Shown piece by piece: positions 20,234 to 28,953 of a stretch of 64,000 nucleotides of DNA. The position numbers and the translations under genes are program-made. The notes below the pieces were generated by a model, which saw only the letters and a program-made list of their open reading frames with translations, did no database searches and was not told where the DNA came from. Numbering within the stretch: position 1 is the first letter of the stretch; each line of letters opens with the position of its first letter. Source of the stretch: Campylobacteraceae bacterium (GTDB lineage: Bacteria > Campylobacterota > Campylobacteria > Campylobacterales > Sulfurovaceae); contig JAMOOX010000087.1 of NCBI GenBank assembly GCA_027065045.1, forward strand, positions 30,912-94,911. Direction: 5' to 3'.

Positions 20234-20307
20234 GGTGGGATTCTCCCACCCTACATAAAATATAATTATCATTTTAAAAGCAACTCGTAGGGTGGGTGAA
20301 ACCCACC
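20234..20307. repeat. inverted pair of GC-rich hairpin elements (REP-like)
   Basis: GGTGGGATTCTCCCACCCTAC at 20234-20254 and GTAGGGTGGGTGAAACCCACC at 20287-20307 are inverted copies of one 21-nt motif. Each is itself a 6-7-bp hairpin, and they stand out as GC-rich in an AT-rich spacer. Confidence 0.6.
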
Positions 20308-20326
20308 ATTATTAAATAATTATATA

Positions 20327-21400
20327 TTATCTTGATACATAATCAGCAATTAATGAACCAATCTCACTTGTAGCACAAACCTCTTTTGCATCATAAGCAC
20401 TAATATCACCAGTTCTATAACCCTCACTCAATACCTTATGAATAGCATCATCAATTCTTTGAGATGCTTCATCTTCACCTAAAGCATACTTAAGCATCAT
20501 AGATACACTTGAGATTGTGGCTAATGGATTGGCTATTCCTTGTCCTGCAATATCTGGGGCAGAACCGTGGATTGGCTCAAATAGTCCTACTTTATTACCT
20601 GTACTTGCACTTGGTAATAGTCCAATAGAACCACTTAGCATACTAGCAGCATCACTTAAAATATCTCCAAAAATATTTCCTGTTAAAATAACATCAAACT
20701 GTTTTGGTTCTCTAATAAGTTGCATAGCAGCATTATCTACATACATATGAGTAAGTTCAACTTCAGGATAATCTTTGGCTACATCTTCTACAATATCTCT
20801 CCAAAATTGACTCACTTCTAGTACATTTGCTTTATCAACAGAACATACTCTTTTATCTCTTTTCATAGCTATATCAAATGCTACTTTGGCAATTCTTACT
20901 ACCTCTTCTCTTGTATAAATCATAGTATTGTATGCTTTATCTTCTAAGTTTTCTCTAGGTTCTCCAAAATATATTCCACCAGTAAGTTCTCTAACTACCA
21001 TTAAATCTACACCTTGGATAACGCTTGGTTTTAAAGTAGAAGCATTGATAAGTTCATCATATACCATAGCAGGGCGTAAGTTTGCATAAGTCCCCATAGC
21101 TTTTCTAAGTCCTAAAAGTCCAGTTTCAGGGCGTAAATGTCTCTCTAAATTATCCCATTTTGGCCCACCAATTGCACCAAATAAAACAGCATCACATTTT
21201 TGCACACCTTTGATAGTCTCATCAGGTAGAGGTACGCCTGTCTCATCAATAGCGATACCACCTAGTAAAAACTCTTCATAATTTACTTCAAAGTTCATTT
21301 TTGTAGATACTGCATCTAATACTTTTACAGCCTCTTCAATAATCTCAGGGCCTATCCCATCCCCTTTGATAATACCTATTTTATATATTTTATTACCCAT
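20327..21400 (-). CDS. leuB: 3-isopropylmalate dehydrogenase
   Basis: 357 aa with typical LeuB sequence ([26 protein letters not shown]). Confidence 0.95.
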   Translation of the reverse strand: MGNKIYKIGIIKGDGIGPEIIEEAVKVLDAVSTKMNFEVNYEEFLLGGIAIDETGVPLPDETIKGVQKCDAVLFGAIGGPKWDNLERHLRPETGLLGLRKAMGTYANLRPAMVYDELINASTLKPSVIQGVDLMVVRELTGGIYFGEPRENLEDKAYNTMIYTREEVVRIAKVAFDIAMKRDKRVCSVDKANVLEVSQFWRDIVEDVAKDYPEVELTHMYVDNAAMQLIREPKQFDVILTGNIFGDILSDAASMLSGSIGLLPSASTGNKVGLFEPIHGSAPDIAGQGIANPLATISSVSMMLKYALGEDEASQRIDDAIHKVLSEGYRTGDISAYDAKEVCATSEIGSLIADYVSR

Positions 21401-21898
21401 TTATAGACTCCTACTTATCTCTTCTTTTGCAAAGTTAATTAATCCACCAGCATTTACAAGTTCTTGCATAAATTCAGGAATAGCTCTAAATTTATAAGTT
21501 TTATTAGTTGTGATATTAATCACCTCTCCACTATCCATATCTACTTTTATTACATCACCCTCATTAATTTGAGATGACTCTTCAAGCTCAAATATAGGTA
21601 GTCCCATATTAAAGGCATTTCTATAGAAAATTCTTGCAAATGTAGGTGCTATAATAGCAGATACACCAGCATATTTTAGAGCAATTGGAGCATGTTCTCT
21701 ACTACTACCACACCCAAAATTCTCTCCAGCAACTATTATATCACCCTCTTGCATTTTTTTTACAAAATCAGGGTCGGCATCTTCCATCACATACTTAGCT
21801 AACTCTTTTGGGTCGCTTGTATTTAAATATCGTGCAGCTATAATCAGGTCTGTATCAATATTATCACCAAATTTCCAAACTTTACCTTCCAAATGCAA
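21401..21898 (-). CDS. leuD: 3-isopropylmalate dehydratase small subunit
   Basis: 165 aa with the GENFGCGSSREHAP motif, adjacent to leuB. Confidence 0.9.
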   Translation of the reverse strand: MHLEGKVWKFGDNIDTDLIIAARYLNTSDPKELAKYVMEDADPDFVKKMQEGDIIVAGENFGCGSSREHAPIALKYAGVSAIIAPTFARIFYRNAFNMGLPIFELEESSQINEGDVIKVDMDSGEVINITTNKTYKFRAIPEFMQELVNAGGLINFAKEEISRSL

Positions 21899-22020
21899 TC
21901 CTTTAGTTTTTAAATAATTCTAACATTTTATCTGAAAAACATTAAAATACCAAACTTATCTAAAATGAGGTGCTATTATTGTATAATTAATAGATGAAAA
22001 AAGTTTTATAAAGGTAGGGT

Positions 22021-23742
22021 TTGAAACATTTAATTGAATTTATAGAAAAAACAGATATAAAAAATACCAAAATATATAAAGAGTTAAATCGTAGTAAAAA
22101 AGAGGCTCAAATATTAAAATTTGTAACTCAAAAGTATATAGAGGGTTTTGATGTTGTCTCAATTAGAGAGATTATCAAAACAAACTCATCTAAAAAAGAG
22201 TTGAAATCTCTAAAGCTTCTTACAGAGATTAAAAATTTAATTGATTTAGAGTGGATTAGACCAATAGAGTTTATAAGTGCTAATAGTAGTAGTGATTTGA
22301 AACTACAACTACTTAGCTTGGATATTACACTAAGTTTATCATTTTTACAGTTATTAGAAAATGGTAGCTTGGATGTAAAACTGCCTGATAATAGAGCATA
22401 TAGCGACCATTTAGAGTATCTTCAAGACCAATTTGAGATAATATCACTACTACATAAAATATCTATATCTAATAGAAACTCTATTGATAGATTAGGAGAT
22501 AAATTAACTCAACTCAAAGAGAGAGTAGAGAACAGAATAAAATTATCTACTAAGCCTCTAATAGTAGAAGAGTTTATCAAATCTAAAAAACTTGAAAATA
22601 ATCAAAGAGTAATATTTCTAGCACTTCTTAAAGAGGAGTATAGTGGTAGTGAGGGTGGAGGATTGAGAGATATGAACTCTCTACTTGCTTTAATCTCAAA
22701 TAGTGAATATGAGAAGATTAAAAATCGTGCATTATTAGAAGATGGGGCATATTTAATTACTAATAATATTATAGATTATGAAGAGATACTCAATCCTTTT
22801 GGTGGGATTAGTCGCTCATTTTATCTACAAGATGAGATAATGAAAGAGATAATATATCCAAATCAAAAGAAAAAAATCAAAAAAGTTAAAATCAATGATT
22901 TGATAGAAAAGCAGGATATTTTTGAGTATTTAGAAGCCAAAACAAATTTAGAAGATGTAGTATTACATCAAGATACAAGAGATATATTAAGTAGATTACA
23001 AAAGCAAATTGATAAAAATGTACTCAAAAAGCTTAGAGATTGGGGAATTAAAAGTAGCAATCATAAAAGTATTGATGCCAAAATAATATTTTATGGACAC
23101 TCAGGTACAGGTAAGACTATGACAGCAGTTAGCCTAGCTAAGACTCTTAAAAAACCAATTTTAAGTTTTGATTGTTCCAAAATTTTATCAATGTATGTAG
23201 GAGAGAGTGAAAAAAATGTCCGTAAAATATTTGATGATTTTAGAGCAATATCTCAAAAAATAGAGGATAAACCAATCTTGCTACTCAATGAAGCAGACCA
23301 ATTTCTAAGTAGTAGAAGTGAGGGTGCAGGAAGTAGTGCAGATAAAATGCACAATCAAATGCAAAATATATTCTTAGAACAGATTGAGAGGTTTGATGGG
23401 ATACTAATAGCTACTACAAACCTATTAGATAATATAGACAAAGCATTTTCAAGACGATTTAACTACAAAGTAGAGTTTAAAAAACCAGATATATCTCAAA
23501 GAGTAAGATTATGGCAATTTATGCTACCAGAGAATGCTGATTATGAAGAGGGATTTGATATAAATAGATTAGCCAAATATGACCTTACAGGTGGGCAGAT
23601 AAATTTAATTATCAAAAATAGTGCATATAGAGTAGCTGTGCGAGATGAGAGTATATTTAAGATAGAAGATTTTATAGATGAGATAAAAAGAGAACTAGGA
23701 AGTAGTTTTGGGAATGATATTAATATGGGGTTTAAGGTTTAA
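22021..23742 (+). CDS. AAA+ (classical FtsH/Cdc48-clade) ATPase with a ~330-aa uncharacterised N-terminal region
   Basis: Walker A GHSGTGKTM, Walker B ILLLNEADQF, sensor-1 and arginine-finger region TTNLLDNIDKAFSRRF. The N-terminal two thirds has no motif I can recognise. Confidence 0.8.
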   Translation: MKHLIEFIEKTDIKNTKIYKELNRSKKEAQILKFVTQKYIEGFDVVSIREIIKTNSSKKELKSLKLLTEIKNLIDLEWIRPIEFISANSSSDLKLQLLSLDITLSLSFLQLLENGSLDVKLPDNRAYSDHLEYLQDQFEIISLLHKISISNRNSIDRLGDKLTQLKERVENRIKLSTKPLIVEEFIKSKKLENNQRVIFLALLKEEYSGSEGGGLRDMNSLLALISNSEYEKIKNRALLEDGAYLITNNIIDYEEILNPFGGISRSFYLQDEIMKEIIYPNQKKKIKKVKINDLIEKQDIFEYLEAKTNLEDVVLHQDTRDILSRLQKQIDKNVLKKLRDWGIKSSNHKSIDAKIIFYGHSGTGKTMTAVSLAKTLKKPILSFDCSKILSMYVGESEKNVRKIFDDFRAISQKIEDKPILLLNEADQFLSSRSEGAGSSADKMHNQMQNIFLEQIERFDGILIATTNLLDNIDKAFSRRFNYKVEFKKPDISQRVRLWQFMLPENADYEEGFDINRLAKYDLTGGQINLIIKNSAYRVAVRDESIFKIEDFIDEIKRELGSSFGNDINMGFKV

Positions 23743-23829
23743 AATAATTTTGAATTAAAAGTTTATTATATTGTAATATTAAACCTCTTTATGATATTAT
23801 ATTGTAATACTTATAATAGAGGATTGATA

Positions 23830-25197
23830 ATGTTTAAAGAGATTATAATTATATCATCACTTTTTTTGATAGGGTGTGGAGGTGGTAGTTTTAGTGATGG
23901 ACTTCCAACACAACCTACAAATACAACTACTCAAATTAATATCGCTACTCCAAGCATACCCATACAAATAGAACAAAATAGTACCACTCCTGATATTGAA
24001 AATAATATTACTACAGATACAACTCCACCATTAAACTCTAATAGTACGGTAGTAGATAATAGCCCCATAGATACTATTGTAGATACAAATAGTTCTATCC
24101 AAAATGAGGATAATATAACAATAGAAGATAATAATGAAACAGACTCTACAGATAATAATATCACTAACGAAAACAATACTACACAAGAAGAAGAACCACC
24201 ATTAATAGTAGAAAACAATGATACACGCCCAAATATTATTTTGGTTCATGGATTAAATAGTGGAGCATCGGCTTGGAATATAATTGAAGTTGAGTTATCA
24301 AATTATATGAGAGTAGATGATAATTTAAGTGTAGAGGTAGCTGTAGATATTAATATATTTGATAATGCTAAATGTTTTGATGGTGCAGTTGATGATGAGA
24401 TTTTTTGTAATAATCTTTCAAATATAAAATCCCAAAATAAATATAGAAGTATTGCAAATGATAAAGTATTTGGATTGAAAAAGGGTGATTTTGATGTAAC
24501 ACAAGTAGAGTATCATATTAATAACAATATTCCAACTCAATCTATCTTAGAGAAACAAAAAGTATTTTCTATCAACTTTTCTAACTCAAATCAATTATCT
24601 TTTGATGCCCAAGGGTATGAACTTAAAAAGATGATAGATGATATATCTACTCATACAGGTATTAATAACTTTATACTTATTGGACACTCTATGGGAGGAT
24701 TGGCAATTAGAGCATATATTCAAAACGAAGAGCATAAATTAATTGAAAAAGTAATTACTCTAAATACTCCTCATTTAGGTGGTAATGGTGGGACATATAA
24801 TGAAGTTACCCAAAATGCTGGAGTAAACCTTGCTAATGATAGTAAATCATATCAGATTTTAAACTCTAATACAACAGATAAATATACAAATATCAAATTA
24901 TATTATCTAGGTTATAGCAATGATATTAGTGGTGAGGGAGATGATTTATACTTCTCATCAGGAGATGGTGTTGTAGATATTGGTAGTCAAATGGGATTAA
25001 ATACCCCTGCCCCACACCGTGTAATATTTTCACCAAATGCACAAACATTAGATACATTTCAATATATCTCATCAACAGCCACAAAAGAGTGGGATGATGA
25101 ATCAATAGAGATAAATGATTTAGGAGAGTTTGCACATAGTGAAGTATTAAAAGATATAGATTATATATATGTGATATTAGATATTATTAAAAATTAG
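23830..25197 (+). CDS. lipoprotein with alpha/beta-hydrolase (lipase/esterase-like) domain
   Basis: Lipobox at MFKEIIIISSLFLIGC, then a Thr/Asn-rich low-complexity linker, then ILVHGLNSGASAW and the nucleophile elbow GHSMGG. The ATG at 23830 with a GAGGA RBS is preferred over 23791. Confidence 0.7.
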   Translation: MFKEIIIISSLFLIGCGGGSFSDGLPTQPTNTTTQINIATPSIPIQIEQNSTTPDIENNITTDTTPPLNSNSTVVDNSPIDTIVDTNSSIQNEDNITIEDNNETDSTDNNITNENNTTQEEEPPLIVENNDTRPNIILVHGLNSGASAWNIIEVELSNYMRVDDNLSVEVAVDINIFDNAKCFDGAVDDEIFCNNLSNIKSQNKYRSIANDKVFGLKKGDFDVTQVEYHINNNIPTQSILEKQKVFSINFSNSNQLSFDAQGYELKKMIDDISTHTGINNFILIGHSMGGLAIRAYIQNEEHKLIEKVITLNTPHLGGNGGTYNEVTQNAGVNLANDSKSYQILNSNTTDKYTNIKLYYLGYSNDISGEGDDLYFSSGDGVVDIGSQMGLNTPAPHRVIFSPNAQTLDTFQYISSTATKEWDDESIEINDLGEFAHSEVLKDIDYIYVILDIIKN

Positions 25198-26831
25198 ATA
25201 TTTAATATATACTCTCCTACACGAAAAGAGTTAGCATATATTGTCCAAGTATAAGGCAAAGAACCACCCGTTGGCATAAAGCTACCATCTGTTACAAAAA
25301 GATTTTTGATTTCGTGGGTTTGACAATATTTATTTAATACAGATGTTTGAGGATTATCTCCAAAACGACATCCACCTGCTTGTAGATTTGATGGTGGATA
25401 TGGTGAAATAGATATATTAATATCTTTTGCCCCCATCTCTATTAGAAGTTTTTTGGCTTTTTGAGCTAAGATATTGGCTATTTTTAGATTATGTGGGTGA
25501 GAACCTATACGAATATTAGCCACAGGTACTCCATAAATATCTCTATATTTATCATCTACACTTACAAAGCAGTTATCATTAGGTAACCAATCATTAAATA
25601 TTTCAAAATTAACTCTTCTTGTTTTTGTAAATTTATAAAATATCTTATCTTGAAGCTTTTCACCCCAAATCAACTCTCCATCTTGCCATCTCTCTTTGAT
25701 TGCTTTAGATATTGGATTGGCATGTTCAAATAATAAATCAATAATACCACCTTTTACTCCATCTATCTCATACCAATCACAAAGTGAGCGATTAACAAAT
25801 AGCCCCTCTTTCATAAGTTCATCTATAGGCATAGAGTTAAAATCAAACCCTCCACTACCTACACCACCTGCTGAAAAGAGTATATTTTTGCCTACTTGAT
25901 TACTATTATTAGCCAATCCATTTGGAAAATTTAGAGATTTTGAATTTAGAAGTAATCTACAACTCTCTACTGCTTGATTGGCCACTACAAAGATTTTGGC
26001 TTTTATATAATGCTCTTTTAATGTTTGAGTATCAATATATATGGCTTTTGTTACTTTTTTATTTTTCTCTTCTAATTTTTTGACAAATGCTGATGTAATA
26101 ATAGTTAAATTACCACTCTTAAGAGCAGGTTCTAAAAGAGAAACCCTTGCACTCCCTTTTGCTCCACTACTACACCCATAACTTCCACAATAGTTTGAGT
26201 AGTAGCAGTTATCTCTTTTATCTTTTGGCTTAGATATAATAGCTCGTGGTGTCTTATATGGTATAAACCCCAATTTATGACAGCTCTTATCAATAAGCTT
26301 AGATATAGGGTGTTCGTCTAATGGAGGATATGGAAAATTTGGTGTGCTTCGTGGTTCGTGATATTTATGTGGAGTAACCTCTCCTGATATACCCACTAAT
26401 CTCTCTACCTTTTCATAATATGGTTCAAGCTCACTATAATCAATCACCCAATCCATAATATTAGCCCCTTTTATCTCTGGATAAGTTGATTTAAGTCTAA
26501 AATCATTTGGTTTAAAACGATGAAAATATCCACTCATAAAGTTAGAAGAACCACCCACAACATTACCATTGAAAAAACTATTTTCACTATCATAAGTTGC
26601 TGTTTTTATCCATTTTTCATCTTCTAAACTCTCAATAGTATGATAAGATTCTTTGAGATTTGGCGTAATAATATCTCTTTTACAATAAGCTATCTCATCT
26701 TTTGAAAAATCTTTTTCTCTATAAAAAAGCCCTCTCTCTAAAACTACTACTTTTTTACCACTCATAGCCAAAGTATAAGCAACACCGCTCCCACCAACAC
26801 CACTTCCAATAATACATACATCATATATCAT
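25194..26831 (-). CDS. GMC family FAD-dependent oxidoreductase
   Basis: N-terminal VCIIGSGVGGSGVA dinucleotide fold and a GMC C-terminal region. Overlaps the upstream small-subunit gene. Confidence 0.85.
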   Translation of the reverse strand: MIYDVCIIGSGVGGSGVAYTLAMSGKKVVVLERGLFYREKDFSKDEIAYCKRDIITPNLKESYHTIESLEDEKWIKTATYDSENSFFNGNVVGGSSNFMSGYFHRFKPNDFRLKSTYPEIKGANIMDWVIDYSELEPYYEKVERLVGISGEVTPHKYHEPRSTPNFPYPPLDEHPISKLIDKSCHKLGFIPYKTPRAIISKPKDKRDNCYYSNYCGSYGCSSGAKGSARVSLLEPALKSGNLTIITSAFVKKLEEKNKKVTKAIYIDTQTLKEHYIKAKIFVVANQAVESCRLLLNSKSLNFPNGLANNSNQVGKNILFSAGGVGSGGFDFNSMPIDELMKEGLFVNRSLCDWYEIDGVKGGIIDLLFEHANPISKAIKERWQDGELIWGEKLQDKIFYKFTKTRRVNFEIFNDWLPNDNCFVSVDDKYRDIYGVPVANIRIGSHPHNLKIANILAQKAKKLLIEMGAKDINISISPYPPSNLQAGGCRFGDNPQTSVLNKYCQTHEIKNLFVTDGSFMPTGGSLPYTWTIYANSFRVGEYILNI

Positions 26832-27355
26832 ACTATCTCCCCAAATGGTTTTTGTGGTTTAGGTTTGCCACTATGATGCCCCAACCATCTCCACCCTAAT
26901 TCATCTCTATTCCCTCCATATATAGGGTCGCTTAATAGAGCCTCTATCGTATAATATAATAGAAGCGATAACCAATTTTTATTTTTTTGACTTTTGGATA
27001 TAAAGTTTTTAAGTGCTTTATCCTTATCTATCGCATTCATACTCAAAAAATCTCTCTCCTCTTCTATCAATAGATTTGTTCCATAAATCAAGAACTTTAA
27101 ATCAAACTCTACAAAAGATGAATGAGAAGATACCCTTAATAGATAATTAGTAGCCCCAAACTCCAAAGCAGATGGTGCTTCTAATCCCTTAGGAAAAAGT
27201 ACATCTTGAATAGCCTGAATTATTTTAAATGGCTTAATATCAATTGGAGATATTGAGTATTGAGGCATTAATACTAATATTGTACCACTAATAATAGAAG
27301 AGGTTATAAATACTCGTCTTGTTACCCCGTCAAAGCTTATTAGTTCTCTTGGCAT
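26828..27355 (-). CDS. gluconate 2-dehydrogenase subunit 3-like protein (small subunit of the GMC oxidoreductase)
   Basis: Twin-arginine-like N-terminus (TRRVFITSS) and the characteristic DPIYGGNRDELGWRWLGH motif. ATGA-type overlap with the GMC gene. Confidence 0.75.
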   Translation of the reverse strand: MPRELISFDGVTRRVFITSSIISGTILVLMPQYSISPIDIKPFKIIQAIQDVLFPKGLEAPSALEFGATNYLLRVSSHSSFVEFDLKFLIYGTNLLIEEERDFLSMNAIDKDKALKNFISKSQKNKNWLSLLLYYTIEALLSDPIYGGNRDELGWRWLGHHSGKPKPQKPFGEIV

Positions 27356-27372
27356 CTTTTTCCTTTTTTATT

Positions 27373-27692
27373 CTAATCCCCACAAGGAGTCTCATACTCT
27401 TGATAATAACTCCCACTAATTCCTGTAAAATAGTGATGATGGCTAGATCCTATTACTATAATTCTCTTAGATAGTGCAAGATGAGTATAAGCATATTTGC
27501 TGTAAATCCACTATATATATACCCTGCATGAGGGACTATTATAGCTCTTGATACAATATCTTTTATTTTTATATCCTCTTTTATATTTGCACTAAATTTT
27601 TTGAAATAGCTAGATATTTTACTACAATTATCAGGATAAAATAGCCCATTTACAGATGCTAATCTTTTGGATTGCATATTATTTCTCCTCAT
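27373..27692 (-). pseudogene. AmmeMemoRadiSam system protein B (Memo-like) remnant, frameshifted and truncated
   Basis: The track ORF at 27456-27692 gives ASVNGLFYPDN...IIVPHAGYIYSG, a Memo N-terminus, and then stops. The next frame continues RIIVIGSSHHHYFTGISGSYYQEYETPCGD*. Only about 110 codons of a normally longer Memo-family gene survive. Confidence 0.6.
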
Positions 27693-27837
27693 ATTTAGTA
27701 GCTTGATAGAGTTTAATATTAGGATAACTCTCTCTAGCCTTTGCCAACTCTATAAAAATCTCACCCATAATCTAACTCCTTGAATAATAAGTTATAAGCG
27801 ATATTATATAAGATATTAGATAAAATTCCAAATCTTT

Positions 27838-27923
27838 AGAGAGGTGTCCGAGTGGTCGAAGGTGCAGACCTGGAACGTCTGTGTAGTTTTCTACCGAGGG
27901 TTCGAATCCCTTCCTCTCTGCCA
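27838..27923 (+). tRNA. tRNA-Ser (anticodon GGA)
   Basis: Acceptor stem AGAGAGG/CCTCTCT plus G-CCA, D-arm GTCCGAGTGGTCGAAGG, and anticodon stem CAGAC/GTCTG with loop CTGGAAC. It also has a long variable arm and a GGGTTCGAATCCC T-arm. Confidence 0.9.
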
Positions 27924-28020
27924 TATTATCAACTTTATTAAAAATATCACCAAATTCTTAATCAAGCAAACAGCTTTCAAAATAAAATGGATAAAATAGA
28001 TTATAGCTCTTCTACTCAAA

Positions 28021-28563
28021 TCACCTTTGTTTTGTCGTATTAAAGATACCTATTTCTCTATTTTTATATACATTATTTGAATTAAATATTTTACCATTCA
28101 TAGCAATATATACACCATTATCAAGATAATCTACTGCACCAATAGCAGTACCAAAATTAAATAATCCATCAGAGTGATTTATACTATATGGTATCATAGC
28201 ACCTATTAGTATTATTACTTTATTTATGTTATAAGATGATATATATTTAGCACTCTCTACCATTGTATCTGTGCCATGAGTGATGATTATATGTTTAGTT
28301 GTAGATATTTTGATAGCTTTTAGAATATCTTCTCTATCTTGAAGAGTTATATCTAAGGAGTCTTTTAGAAAAAGTGTTGTGGTTTGTATATCTCTATCTA
28401 CTCTTGATTGAGTTAATATTTGTGGGATATATGAAGTTTGGTTGAAATCTACTTCACCTGTAAGCATATTATATTTTTTATCAATAGTACCACCAGTGAT
28501 AATAATATTAATTGGATTATTCGTGGGCGAAGATGCCCACAAGTTTTTACAATCTTGATTCAT
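28021..28563 (-). CDS. short asparaginase-family protein
   Basis: [12 protein letters not shown] and IITHGTDTM, the asparaginase/glutaminase N-domain threonine motifs. The ATG at 28563 is preferred, because the track's longer start runs through rpsU. Confidence 0.65.
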   Translation of the reverse strand: MNQDCKNLWASSPTNNPINIIITGGTIDKKYNMLTGEVDFNQTSYIPQILTQSRVDRDIQTTTLFLKDSLDITLQDREDILKAIKISTTKHIIITHGTDTMVESAKYISSYNINKVIILIGAMIPYSINHSDGLFNFGTAIGAVDYLDNGVYIAMNGKIFNSNNVYKNREIGIFNTTKQR

Positions 28564-28759
28564 ATCTTCTAAGCATAAATAGCTTTTTGAGGATTTTCTT
28601 ACGAGTTGCAATTTTCTCTTTTTTCTTCTTTTCAGTAGCAGTTTCATAGTATTGTCTAGCTCTTGCTTCTGTTACAATTAAGTTTCTATCACATTGTCTT
28701 TTGAATTTTCTATAAGCATCATCAAAAGAATCTCTTGAATTTAGTACAATTCCTGGCAT
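28547..28759 (-). CDS. rpsU: 30S ribosomal protein S21
   Basis: [26 protein letters not shown]...RRYESRL is typical bS21. Confidence 0.92.
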   Translation of the reverse strand: MPGIVLNSRDSFDDAYRKFKRQCDRNLIVTEARARQYYETATEKKKKEKIATRKKILKKLFMLRRYESRL

Positions 28760-28953
28760 AAAAGTCACCCCCTCTCTAATCTAAATTTTCTATATATTTA
28801 TAGAAATAATTAATAAGATAGAATTATATCTAAAAAATATTTTGTTATGCTTATTTAGGTAATAGAAATTTTATCTAATTGAGCATCTATATTTCATTAG
28901 GTTATAACTAAGTTTTAGATAAAATATATGTAATAATAATGCTTGGAGAAAAT

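Noticed and set aside
23890-24230. Thr/Asn/Ile-rich stretch of the lipoprotein hydrolase as a possible DNA-level tandem repeat or contingency locus.
   Set aside because: It is compositionally biased, but I could find no regular nucleotide period or repeated unit. It is better explained as a disordered linker.
28564-28647. Longer form of the asparaginase-like ORF starting at 28647 with a very basic N-terminus ([14 protein letters not shown]...).
   Set aside because: This stretch is the out-of-frame reading of the Lys/Arg-rich C-terminal half of rpsU on the same strand. The internal ATG at 28563 is the more plausible start, although it still overlaps rpsU by 17 nt and remains uncertain.
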